A stretch of 64,000 bases of DNA, taken from assembly GCA_050013255.1 (NCBI GenBank), contig JBEKFP010000001.1, forward strand, positions 32,001 to 96,000, read 5' to 3'. The notes under the pieces were generated by a model that ran no database searches, was not told the DNA's origin, and saw nothing but the letters and a program-made list of their open reading frames with translations. Position 1 is the first letter of the stretch. The number at the start of each line of letters is the position of its first letter. The DNA comes from Candidatus Bathyarchaeia archaeon (GTDB taxonomy: Archaea > Thermoproteota > Bathyarchaeia > 40CM-2-53-6). A program made the position numbers and the translations under genes. This document shows positions 27,068 to 36,353 of the stretch, in pieces.

Positions 27068-30000
27068 TTGGTGTATATCAAAAGAATCGACCTGAGAGGC
27101 TTCAAGACCTTCGGAAAGAAGGCGACTGTTCACCTCGACCGCGGTCTCACAATCGTAACCGGCCCGAACGGTTCTGGCAAATCGAACATTATTGACTCGG
27201 TAAAGTTCGCCCTTGGGGAACTGAGCGCCAAAGAGCTTAGAGGCGAAACGATAGGCGATTTGATTCACAAGGGAGCGATGGCTGCAACATCCCGCTCGGC
27301 TTGGGTTGCAGTACAATTTGACAATCATGACAGACGAATCCCGATAGATGCTGAAGCAGTCACGATCTCGCGAGAATTCCGCCGCGGGGGCGAGGGCATC
27401 TACCGGCTCAACGGAAGGAAGGTCTCCCGAAAGCAGCTGACGGACATTCTTTCCTCAGCAGACATCCAGGTGTCGGGCTATAACATCGTTCCACAGCACG
27501 CGATTACCCGTCTTGCTGAGGTTACCCCTGAAGAGCGGCGGACGATAATTGAAGATATGATTGGTATCGCCGTCTATGACACTAAGAAAGCCTCGGCACA
27601 AGTTGAACTACAAAAGGCCGATGTAAACCTCCAAGTAGCATCGGCAAAGATTGAGGAAGTCCGGCTCCGAGTTGAATCTCTTGAAAAGGAACGCAACGAC
27701 TACCTGAAGTACAAGCAGATTCAGAACGAGATTAGGGAACTTCAAGCCAAAGCGGTCTCCCATAAGATTAGGAAAGGACAACAAGAAGCCAGCGAGTTCG
27801 AACTGGACCTTCGCCAACATCAACAACAACTTCAGGAATTGAAAACCAGAAGAGATCAGATTATTCAGGAAAAAAGGAAGTTTGAATCCGAAAAGAGAGA
27901 GTACGAAGAAACGATAGCAGATAAGGGCAGCAGCAGGCTCCTCGAAGTTCAACGCAAAATGGGCGACATCAAGGCCACTATGGCGGGCCTAGAGGCACAG
28001 GTAAATGCTGCACAATCGAATACCAAATCGCTCCAAGAACAAAAGAGCGAACTCGAAAGGAACTCAACCGAAATACTCCAGAAAGTTAGCAACTCAAAGA
28101 ATGAACTCGCGGAACTCAGGCCATCCCGCGATGCGCTCATCAAGTCCATAGAGACAAAACAAGCCAACGTCAACGAATCATTCAGAGCGCTTACCGAACT
28201 AAGAGAGAAACTGGGCGCACGCAACAAAGAGGCCGAGGACCTAGAACGCACGATAGATAGCCTGACAAACAGGGTTGCCAGATTCACCTCGCAGATCAAA
28301 GCGAGTGCAACAAAAATTGATTTATTGAATAATCACTTGAAAACACTGCGCGCACGCAAGGAAGAATATGAGAACGCCCTTCAGAACGCCACAACCCATG
28401 TGGGCGAGCTACAGTCCGCAAAAAGTCAAGAGACCGAGAGTACAAATGAAGCGGACAGGAAAATTTCTGAATATGTGAAGATCAAACGTCAACGCGGAGA
28501 AGAGACGGAAAAAGCGAACGATGTCGCGAAACGTTCTGCTCTAGCAATCACGGAGATAGAAACACAGAAGAACATAACAGAGAGCTGGGCTTCTGACGAC
28601 AAAGCGCTCTCCTTAATCGAACAGATGGCTGAGGCGGGCGCTATCTCAGGCGTCTATGGACGGCTGGTCGACCTTGTCAAGGCGAAGGATGGTTACAGCA
28701 AAGCTGCCGAAGCCGCTGCCGCGGGTTGGATGAAAGCTCTTGTTATGAAAAACATTGAGACTGCTGTCTCTTGCATCGAGGTCCTGAAGAAAACGAAAGT
28801 GGGACGGGTCAAGCTCATTCCGCTCCAAGGCCTTACCCAGCCAAAGAACGTACGTGTTCCCAAAGAAATTCGGGGCATAATCGGCCCTATCACAGACAGC
28901 CTTGAATTTGCAGAACGCGTCAGGCCAGCTGTGAACTATGTCTTCGGTGACACTCTGCTAACCTCGAACCAGAAATCCGCATTCCTTGCGTCGCTCAAGG
29001 GCGTTCGAGCAGTCACACCCACAGGAGACCTATATGAGCCAGGCGGCGCGATGGAAACAGGGTACTTCAGGCAGCCTTTGGACGTATCAAAACTACTGTT
29101 GAAGGGCAAGACAATCGATCAGTTAAGAATCACGCTCTCGTCACTTGAGAAATTGGCGGTAAAGGCCAAAGAGGAAATTGCAAGGATAGACCAAGAAATT
29201 CTAGACCAACGCAACAGCAAAGGAAAGAGCCAAAACCTAATTCGGTCAACTGAGAGAGAAATCGCCACCTTCAAAGAAAACCTTGAACGATCCCACAAGG
29301 TAGTCGCAGATACCTCCCTGCGCATTGAGCAGATAACGCACGAAATCGGTACCGAGCAGGCGGTGCTCGAGGCCAGCGTATCCCAGAAGGAGAAGATTCA
29401 TGCCAAATTGGCGGAGTATGAGCAGACACGCAACTCTCTAAAGATCCGGTCACAGTCTGCTTTCCTCCTTGAGAGGGAAAACGAGCACTCAAAACTGGCT
29501 AGCGAACTCAGTGAACTCGTCCGAATGAAGATTGAAGCTGAGAGTCGGATTGAGTCCCTAACATCAACCGTGACGGCAATAGAGCCAACCGCTGAACAAA
29601 CGAAGATTCAATCCACGGGTATTGACAGGCAACTGGAAAAACTCAAGTCAGAACTGACATTCGCCCAAGCTGAGCTCACGAAATATGAAGAAGGATTGAA
29701 GCAGCTTGAAACAGCGAGGGATCACCTCTCCGGAGAACTCGCTGGGGTCAGAGTCAAACGGGAAGAGTATAATTCACAACTTCGTGAAATGGATACAGAA
29801 ATAAACGAACTCCTCGACAAGCTTGACCCATTGAACACCAAGAGCGCAAACCTAACCGCTTCACTCAAGCATACGCAAATGCAAATCGACTTCTACATGA
29901 ACGAGCTGAAAGAACTAGGATGCACCGAAGCAGTGGAAGTCACCGACGGTGAAATCCAAAAGGTGGAGAGCACACTCCCCGTCCTCAAGAAGGAACTGGC

Positions 30001-30619
30001 TGAGATAGGGGGCGTCAATGAACTCGCCGCTTCACAATACGACGAAGTCAAAGAAAATTACAAGCACCTGGCCACAAGAATTTATGAGCTCGAAAAAGAG
30101 AAAATGTCCATAGTCCAATTCATGAACGAAGTGGACCAACAGAAACTTGAAGCCTTCATGAAAGCGTTCAACCAAGTCAGTGAATCGTTCAACCAAATTT
30201 TCTCAACAGTCACAAGCGGGTTTGGAAGGCTCTTTCTTGAGAAACCCGAAAATCCCTTCGAGGCAGGCGCGGACATAAGACTGCAATTCCCTGGAAAAAC
30301 AGAGATGACGATTGGAAGTGCCAGCGGCGGCGAAAAATCTGTCGGTACGGTTTGTTTCATATTGGCCCTGCAAGCCATCCATCCGATGCCCTTCTACATG
30401 ATGGATGAAATAGACGCTCACCTAGACGTGGTTAATTCGCAGCGGCTTGCGGAATTGCTCAAATCAAAGTCAAAGGGTTCCCAATTCATCATCGTCTCAT
30501 TGAAGGATGTGACCATATCTCGTGGAGATGCGGTCTATGGGGTCTTCATTCAGGAAGGGGTCTCTCAAGTAGTTAGCCTGCCAATGCAGGAGGTAAAGGC
30601 GATTGGAAGAGCTAACTAA
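27068..30619 (+). CDS. smc: Chromosome partition protein Smc
   Basis: GPNGSGKSN Walker A, coiled coils, hinge (GVYGRLVDL), SGGEKS signature, DEIDAHLD. Confidence 0.97.
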   Translation: MVYIKRIDLRGFKTFGKKATVHLDRGLTIVTGPNGSGKSNIIDSVKFALGELSAKELRGETIGDLIHKGAMAATSRSAWVAVQFDNHDRRIPIDAEAVTISREFRRGGEGIYRLNGRKVSRKQLTDILSSADIQVSGYNIVPQHAITRLAEVTPEERRTIIEDMIGIAVYDTKKASAQVELQKADVNLQVASAKIEEVRLRVESLEKERNDYLKYKQIQNEIRELQAKAVSHKIRKGQQEASEFELDLRQHQQQLQELKTRRDQIIQEKRKFESEKREYEETIADKGSSRLLEVQRKMGDIKATMAGLEAQVNAAQSNTKSLQEQKSELERNSTEILQKVSNSKNELAELRPSRDALIKSIETKQANVNESFRALTELREKLGARNKEAEDLERTIDSLTNRVARFTSQIKASATKIDLLNNHLKTLRARKEEYENALQNATTHVGELQSAKSQETESTNEADRKISEYVKIKRQRGEETEKANDVAKRSALAITEIETQKNITESWASDDKALSLIEQMAEAGAISGVYGRLVDLVKAKDGYSKAAEAAAAGWMKALVMKNIETAVSCIEVLKKTKVGRVKLIPLQGLTQPKNVRVPKEIRGIIGPITDSLEFAERVRPAVNYVFGDTLLTSNQKSAFLASLKGVRAVTPTGDLYEPGGAMETGYFRQPLDVSKLLLKGKTIDQLRITLSSLEKLAVKAKEEIARIDQEILDQRNSKGKSQNLIRSTEREIATFKENLERSHKVVADTSLRIEQITHEIGTEQAVLEASVSQKEKIHAKLAEYEQTRNSLKIRSQSAFLLERENEHSKLASELSELVRMKIEAESRIESLTSTVTAIEPTAEQTKIQSTGIDRQLEKLKSELTFAQAELTKYEEGLKQLETARDHLSGELAGVRVKREEYNSQLREMDTEINELLDKLDPLNTKSANLTASLKHTQMQIDFYMNELKELGCTEAVEVTDGEIQKVESTLPVLKKELAEIGGVNELAASQYDEVKENYKHLATRIYELEKEKMSIVQFMNEVDQQKLEAFMKAFNQVSESFNQIFSTVTSGFGRLFLEKPENPFEAGADIRLQFPGKTEMTIGSASGGEKSVGTVCFILALQAIHPMPFYMMDEIDAHLDVVNSQRLAELLKSKSKGSQFIIVSLKDVTISRGDAVYGVFIQEGVSQVVSLPMQEVKAIGRAN

Positions 30620-31274
30620 GCCGTTCTGGCTACGGCCCCCCTACCTCATCCTCTTCGACCTGTTGAGGCTCCACAGAGTCAAACCTTGGGATGTCGACAT
30701 AACCAACCTGCTGAACACGTTCCTAGCTGAAATGAAGAAAAACGGCTATATCGACTTCTCCGCATCAGGCACGGCCCTACTCTCCTCATCAGTCGTTCAC
30801 CGAATGAAATCTGAACTGGTACTGAAAATGGAAGCGCCGCCAAAACCACCGGTCGCTAGACCCGACGTGGAAATTCCGCCACCCCTGCCGTTTCCGCTTC
30901 GGTTTGAATACACCTCCACTTCCGTCGCTGAGATTCTCCGCACGCTGCAGGAGGTTTTGGAGAATGAGAAAGCAGTACTCGCGAAGAAACCATTCATCCT
31001 GAGCCCCCCATCAGTCTTTGAACAATTGGACGTATTTCTGGCGAATATCGAGGAGAACATCGAGAACTTCTTTGCAGAGATCATCAAGCTCAGCATCAGG
31101 GGGTTACCGCTCTCCTTCAAAGATCTAGTAAAGGACCGAACGTTTATCGAAGCAGTTCGAATTTTCATAATGTTACTTTTCTTAGCCAATGAGAAGAAGA
31201 TACTACTCACGCAGGACGAACAAGGTTTGGACCTATTCATCCGATTAGGGGAGGTGTCGCCATCAATTGCTTGA
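30603..31274 (+). CDS. scpA: Kleisin ScpA
   Basis: PWDVDI N-terminus and FIMLLFLA C-terminal wHTH; lies between smc and scpB. Confidence 0.9.
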   Translation: MEELTKPFWLRPPYLILFDLLRLHRVKPWDVDITNLLNTFLAEMKKNGYIDFSASGTALLSSSVVHRMKSELVLKMEAPPKPPVARPDVEIPPPLPFPLRFEYTSTSVAEILRTLQEVLENEKAVLAKKPFILSPPSVFEQLDVFLANIEENIENFFAEIIKLSIRGLPLSFKDLVKDRTFIEAVRIFIMLLFLANEKKILLTQDEQGLDLFIRLGEVSPSIA

Positions 31275-31884
31275 AACACCCCCTGAACCCACTCTGACCG
31301 TCCCGAGAGCAAAAGCAAAGCTAGCCTTGATAGAGGCCGCCCTCTACGTTACGGGCAAACCATTGGACCTTAAGACACTCGGCTCAGTTGTTGGATTTCG
31401 ATCGGAAGACAAGGTAAAAGAACTCGCCCGAACGTTGAAGGACAAGTACGGAAAAGACGAAAGTTCGCTAGAAGTGTTAGAGCTGAGCGACGGCCGCTTT
31501 GTAATGCAACTGAAACCGCAGTACGTGCGGCATGTTAAGCGGCTTGCGACGCGGCAACTTCTCACTCCCGGCCCAATGAGGACGCTATCCTTTATCGCCT
31601 TCAGGCAACCTGTCACTCAATCCTACCTTGCAAAGGTCAGAGGGAGCCTAACCTACTCACACGTTAAGCAGCTTCGAGAAACGGGGCTCATTGCAGAAGA
31701 GAGACTGGGGCGAACGAAGATGCTCCGGACGACTCCAAACTTCTCTGATTACTTCAACCTCAGTCATGACATGCCCGCCATGAAGAAACAGCTGGAAAAA
31801 CTCTTTGAGAACATCAAAACGGAGAAACCGCCGCAGAAGTCCAGCCCGACACCCGAAAAAGAGAAAGTTCTAAGTCCCCAGTAG
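31267..31884 (+). CDS. scpB: SMC-Scp complex subunit ScpB
   Basis: IEAALYVTG, TLSFIAFRQPVTQ, TTPNFSDYFNL. Confidence 0.93.
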   Translation: MLETPPEPTLTVPRAKAKLALIEAALYVTGKPLDLKTLGSVVGFRSEDKVKELARTLKDKYGKDESSLEVLELSDGRFVMQLKPQYVRHVKRLATRQLLTPGPMRTLSFIAFRQPVTQSYLAKVRGSLTYSHVKQLRETGLIAEERLGRTKMLRTTPNFSDYFNLSHDMPAMKKQLEKLFENIKTEKPPQKSSPTPEKEKVLSPQ

Positions 31885-31925
31885 AAATAAGATAGTAATG
31901 CAATATTGGTTTTGAGGCGCCGCGA

Positions 31926-32090
31926 ATGGTTATGGTTGAATTTAACAAGCTGAAAGAAACTGTCGATATCTTCATCCCAAGAACTACGGAGGGTGCGTCA
32001 ATCACATTAACGATGACTGTCGACAAGGCAAAGCAACTCTACCAATTGCTCCAGAAAGTATTGAAAGAAAACGACCAACTGCCTGAATAG
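31926..32090 (+). CDS. Small hypothetical protein (54 aa), missed by the ORF track
   Basis: MVMVEFNKLKETVDIFIPRTTEGASITLTMTVDKAKQLYQLLQKVLKENDQLPE fills the scpB-rps8e gap; beta-beta-beta-alpha pattern. Confidence 0.5.
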   Translation: MVMVEFNKLKETVDIFIPRTTEGASITLTMTVDKAKQLYQLLQKVLKENDQLPE

Positions 32091-32169
32091 CCCCAATTGT
32101 TCATAACAACGCTTAAAAGAACCGCCCCTTGCCTGTCAGTGAAATTCATCTTAGGAGTTGGAACACGAG

Positions 32170-32565
32170 ATGCCCCAATGGCACGGAGACCTTCACAAGC
32201 GCAAGAAGACAGGCGGGAAGAAACATATGTTCCGTGGCAAACGTGCTTTTGAAATGGGAAGCGACCCAGCACAGACCATTGTGGGAGAAAGAAGAGTTTC
32301 AATAAAGCGCGGCCGCGGCGGGAACCTGAAGTTCGCGGCTTTGGCTGTTAACTCAGTCAATGTGACCGACCCTTCAACTGGAAAAAGTCAGAAGACGGAG
32401 ATTCGAAGCGTCGTAAAGAACCCTGCCAACGTTGATTACCAGCGCAGAGGAGTAATCACCAAAGGCGCTGTCGTCGAAACCCCACTGGGACAGGCGATTG
32501 TGACTTCCAGACCAGGCCAGCACGGCATCGTGAACGCTGTTCTCCTACAGGGCAGACAAGAATAA
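32170..32565 (+). CDS. rps8e: 30S ribosomal protein S8e
   Basis: KRKKTGG, RGRGGN, ITKGAVVET, SRPGQHGIVNAVL. Confidence 0.97.
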   Translation: MPQWHGDLHKRKKTGGKKHMFRGKRAFEMGSDPAQTIVGERRVSIKRGRGGNLKFAALAVNSVNVTDPSTGKSQKTEIRSVVKNPANVDYQRRGVITKGAVVETPLGQAIVTSRPGQHGIVNAVLLQGRQE

Positions 32566-32611
32566 CTCCACAACTCCTGCCGTTTTCAGGTAACCCTAGG
32601 CGACGCTCTCC

Positions 32612-32923
32612 TTGAAACTTCAAGGAAAAATGGTCGTCTGGCCAGCTAACCTCGATTCTTCAAAGTCTCGCAAAGCTGGTAGAAAACTCGCAAAGGCTTC
32701 GGGAGTGCAAACGCCAAGACTTGAGGAAATTAACGATGCCATCAAACGGCTTTCTTTGGACGCTGAGGTGGTGCACGGCAAATCACGACCGAGTTCATGG
32801 CGGGAGAAGGGAGGATATGCAATACTTCCAAAAACCGGCCCGAAAAGCAACTCTCTTCGTTCCCTCGCCAGCGAAATCAAGAAGGCTAGGGCCGCGAAAA
32901 CCGGGCAGGAAAGAAAGACGTAA
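32612..32923 (+). CDS. srp19: Signal recognition particle protein Srp19
   Basis: VWPANLDSSKSRKAGRK motif; follows rps8e. Confidence 0.9.
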   Translation: MKLQGKMVVWPANLDSSKSRKAGRKLAKASGVQTPRLEEINDAIKRLSLDAEVVHGKSRPSSWREKGGYAILPKTGPKSNSLRSLASEIKKARAAKTGQERKT

Positions 32924-32928
32924 GAGGC

Positions 32929-34209
32929 TTAGGACAATATTTTCCCGATTAGCATTACTGTTACCGTTTCCCCTCGCTCGATTGCTGTTACTTCCTCAGG
33001 GATAACGACGATCCCATTCGCCCTAACCATGCTCATCAGGACCGAAGAACGCTGCAGTTTGAGCGGTTCGGCAACCAACCCCTGCTCATTCATTTTGATG
33101 ATGACCCTCACATAGGTTCGGTTTCCTGGTGCTCCTGTAATCGTTTCACTCAAGACTGCATTGGCAGTAGGTTCGAACAATTCCTTGACACCCAACATTT
33201 TGGCAATGATAGGGCGTACAAAGGTTCGGAAGGCGAAAAATGCGGAGACCGGGAACCCTGGAAGTGAAAACACAGGCTTGCCATTAACCACCGCCAAGCC
33301 AGTTGGCATCGCGGGACGCATAGCTACTCCATGCACCAACATACCCGGCTTGCCTAGGCTGTTGACACACCTAGGGACGAGATCCCTCCTGCCGACCGAG
33401 GACCCTGCACTGACAATGACCGCATCGCACGTTTTCAACCCCTTCTTCAGAGCGGTCTTAATGCTAGCTTCACGATCCTTGACGATACCCAAATCTACAG
33501 CATCTGCCCCCAATTCCTGAAGCATACAAGATAACATCGCCCTGTTGATGTCGACCACTCTGGCGACGCTGCATCTACTAATTGAATCCACGAGCTCGTT
33601 ACCAGTTGACAGAACTGCCACGCGCGGCTTTCTTGAAACGTAGACCTTTGCCAATCCAAGTGCCTTCAACATGCCAATATCCTGTGGCCGGAGGTGCGCC
33701 CCTTTCCTGAGAACTACTGCACCTGGGGTGACGTCCTCACCTTTCCTCGCTATGCTCTGCCCCGCCGTTGCGGGGGCATGCACCGCGATACTGCTTGAAG
33801 AGAGTCTGGTAGTTCTCTCGACTATCACGACAGTGTCTGCACCGGAGGGAACAAGGCTCCCGGTTGCGACAGCAACAGCGTCACCCTGACCGAGCTGCAT
33901 CCGAGGCATTACGCCTAACCTGCTTTCCCCAATGACCCGGAGGGTTACTGGGTTTTCTTGAGAAGCACTCTTCACGTCTTCAACGCGAACTGCGTATCCG
34001 TCCATAACCGAACGGTCAACCGGTGGCAAGTATTGGTCTGCAACAACATCTTTTCCAAGACACCGTCCCAAAGCCCGTTGCACAGGCAGCAATTCTAGTC
34101 TGACAGCCCGCTCTCCTAAAGCATCAAGAAGAATCCCGAGCGCTGGGTCCACCTTAGTTAGTTTCTGAAACCCCACGGTGTGTAGATGGTCCATGGATTG
34201 AACATTCAC
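32929..34209 (-). CDS. moeA: Molybdopterin molybdotransferase MoeA
   Basis: RSVMDGYAV, STGNEL, GSSVG, LPGFPVS. Confidence 0.93.
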   Translation of the reverse strand: MNVQSMDHLHTVGFQKLTKVDPALGILLDALGERAVRLELLPVQRALGRCLGKDVVADQYLPPVDRSVMDGYAVRVEDVKSASQENPVTLRVIGESRLGVMPRMQLGQGDAVAVATGSLVPSGADTVVIVERTTRLSSSSIAVHAPATAGQSIARKGEDVTPGAVVLRKGAHLRPQDIGMLKALGLAKVYVSRKPRVAVLSTGNELVDSISRCSVARVVDINRAMLSCMLQELGADAVDLGIVKDREASIKTALKKGLKTCDAVIVSAGSSVGRRDLVPRCVNSLGKPGMLVHGVAMRPAMPTGLAVVNGKPVFSLPGFPVSAFFAFRTFVRPIIAKMLGVKELFEPTANAVLSETITGAPGNRTYVRVIIKMNEQGLVAEPLKLQRSSVLMSMVRANGIVVIPEEVTAIERGETVTVMLIGKILS

Positions 34210-34255
34210 TCGACGGGAAGATATTATCTGCGGAGGTATCTAACACAAGCTGACG

Positions 34256-34537
34256 ATGGCCGCCATGGTTGATACGTTGACCGTTTCTATTGCCATTCTT
34301 GCAGTGGTCGTACTAGTTGGCATAATTTTCTGGTTTCAAAGGACTCGCCGAAACGAACTCGGCATACCTGTAATCGAACTTGAAAAGCTGGTCAAATGCA
34401 ATTCCTGCGGTTCTCAAATTCCGGAGGGTGCCCGGAAATGCGCTTTTTGTGGCGCCTGGCAACGCCCACTCGATTCCGGAGAACAAATAAAGGCCTCACA
34501 GCGAAATGGCACGAACGCCGCCGACGGATCACACTAG
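34256..34537 (+). CDS. Membrane-anchored zinc-ribbon protein
   Basis: N-terminal TM helix then CNSCG...CAFCG; stop codon shares its last base with tRNA position 1. Confidence 0.7.
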   Translation: MAAMVDTLTVSIAILAVVVLVGIIFWFQRTRRNELGIPVIELEKLVKCNSCGSQIPEGARKCAFCGAWQRPLDSGEQIKASQRNGTNAADGSH

Positions 34538-34672
34538 CCGCCGTATGCGCATTCTCGCAGACGACAGCTCAGTGGTGGAGCAGCGGACCCTTATTGGAAA
34601 GGGGCTGAAGCTGTTAAGCGGGCAGACGCAGCTACCCGTTGGTCGCAGGTTCGAGCCCTGCCGGCGGCGCCA
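34537..34672 (+). tRNA. tRNA-Asn(GTT) with three BHB introns (8/9, 30/31, 37/38) and encoded CCA
   Basis: Exons 34537-34544, 34566-34586, 34610-34616 and 34634-34672 assemble into a cloverleaf: acceptor GCCGCCG/CGGCGGC, D stem GCTC/GAGC, anticodon stem GCGGG/CCCGT with loop CTGTTAA, T arm GCAGG-TTCGAGC-CCTGC, G73, CCA. Confidence 0.9.
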
Positions 34673-34721
34673 ATAAATTCTAGGCTAACGTGTGTGAACG
34701 AGAGGAGTTGCCTTCAGGCAG

Positions 34722-35138
34722 TTGCATGTCCGCGAATTTCAACTCGCAGATTATGAAGATGTACTAGGTCTTTGGAAGATGGCCGGCCTAATTCTGCGGC
34801 CAGGCGATGAACTTGACGGAATCAAGACGAAGTTACGGAGAGACCCTGATCTATTCTTAGTCGCTGAAGATGGTGGCGAGATCGTTGGGGTTGTCATGGG
34901 CGCTTGGGATGGAAGGCGTGGCTGGATCAATCATCTTGCAGTCACACCCAACCATCAACGAAAAGGAATAGGTCACGCTCTCGTCGAAGAGCTTGAGAAG
35001 CGCCTATTTAGAAAAGGGGCAAAGAAGGTCAACGCGCAAATCTATCGATCGAACACAAAATCATTCGATTTCTTCAAGTCATGTGCTTATGAGGTTCATT
35101 CCGACCTCGTAATGATTGGGAAGCAACTCAAAGGGTAG
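34722..35138 (+). CDS. GNAT N-acetyltransferase (YpeA-like)
   Basis: WDGRRGWINHLAV...QRKGIG acetyl-CoA motif A. Confidence 0.9.
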   Translation: MHVREFQLADYEDVLGLWKMAGLILRPGDELDGIKTKLRRDPDLFLVAEDGGEIVGVVMGAWDGRRGWINHLAVTPNHQRKGIGHALVEELEKRLFRKGAKKVNAQIYRSNTKSFDFFKSCAYEVHSDLVMIGKQLKG

Positions 35139-35153
35139 ATGCCTATCCTGCGG

Positions 35154-36218
35154 CTACGTTACAGCTCCTTCAGGAACGGGCACATAATCGCAGATGCTTG
35201 AAGGCTTTTCAAGGATACGGTTTATTGTGACTTCGCCGACGATGCGGCAATATTTGCCGATTTGGCTAAGGTTCCAGATTATGATTCTTATGCTCGCCGC
35301 TGCAGCGACATCTCTCACGTTCGCGAGAACCTTCTGTGTCAACTTTCTCTCTTCGGCCTCCAGTGTTTCCACCATTTCAACAGCTTCATTGGACATCGAA
35401 ATATCGCCCGTCAGGAGTGCTTTGATGGTGTGATCTGAAGTCTTCATTATTTGGTTGCTGAATTTCGCTATGTCGTTGAGTATAGCTTCGGTCGGTATTG
35501 CTCGATCTTTCAGCACTAGCACTTCGTTGGCGATATTTTCTGCTGAGTCAGCCATCTCTTCGAGGGTCTTGGCGACCACCCTGTTGCCTGGTATGTGAAC
35601 CGGCGACTCGATGCCTATCTTTGTTCCCACACTTCTGTCCCGTATCGCGAGTAGTAGTTGCCTAACGATGAGCCAATAAATGCGATCGGACTCCTCCTCC
35701 ATGTGTGTTACCTCGGCCGCAAGTTCAGGCCTTCTTTCGACAAGTGCCTTGATCGACACGTCGATCATTGAGTTAATTATGATATGCAAACGCCGCATGA
35801 GGCCGTAGATCGGAAACCGGGTAGGGTCAACGAAGCTCTGCAGCGTGACTTGCTTCAAGGTCTGCTCAACAATGCTGAGGCCTGTCAGCCGCTGAGTTGT
35901 GGCCCGAATCTCCTCAAGGTGAACTTTCTTCAACTCATCTTTAGCCACGATTTGTATCGTATCATGGCCGAGAATATAATTCGCCGTTATGACTCTGGTC
36001 AGTATGTTCCGTGAATTGCAGAGGTCTGCATTGACAATACAGTCCTTAATCTCCTCTCTTTTGTGCTCTGTTCCCGGGATGAGTTTCAGTGTTCCGTCGT
36101 CTTCGCGTTTGATTGAGACAATGTCGCCCGCTTTCAGTTTGACGTCTTCAACCCATTCCCGCGGAAGTGAAACGGTTAAGGTGGAATATCCAACTCTCTG
36201 AACTTTGCGAGCTTCCAA
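35154..36218 (-). CDS. AbrB-PhoU family regulator
   Basis: RKVQRVGYSTLTVSLPREW AbrB domain plus two PhoU repeats (EEESDRIY). Confidence 0.9.
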   Translation of the reverse strand: MEARKVQRVGYSTLTVSLPREWVEDVKLKAGDIVSIKREDDGTLKLIPGTEHKREEIKDCIVNADLCNSRNILTRVITANYILGHDTIQIVAKDELKKVHLEEIRATTQRLTGLSIVEQTLKQVTLQSFVDPTRFPIYGLMRRLHIIINSMIDVSIKALVERRPELAAEVTHMEEESDRIYWLIVRQLLLAIRDRSVGTKIGIESPVHIPGNRVVAKTLEEMADSAENIANEVLVLKDRAIPTEAILNDIAKFSNQIMKTSDHTIKALLTGDISMSNEAVEMVETLEAEERKLTQKVLANVRDVAAAASIRIIIWNLSQIGKYCRIVGEVTINRILEKPSSICDYVPVPEGAVT

Positions 36219-36353
36219 ATTTCTGCACAGAATTAACGTTAGGTCACTAGAATATATACTTCAGCATCGTTTGTCATAGCCTGTACTATCGCTTACTACT
36301 ATAGAGATTCATGCCGTGTACGCAGTGCATATTCGGAAGGCTGATTGTAACTA

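Noticed and set aside
30316-30340. SMC signature reads ASGGEKS instead of LSGGEKS
   Set aside because: The catalytic Ser-Gly-Gly, Walker A/B and D-loop are intact; probably lineage variation
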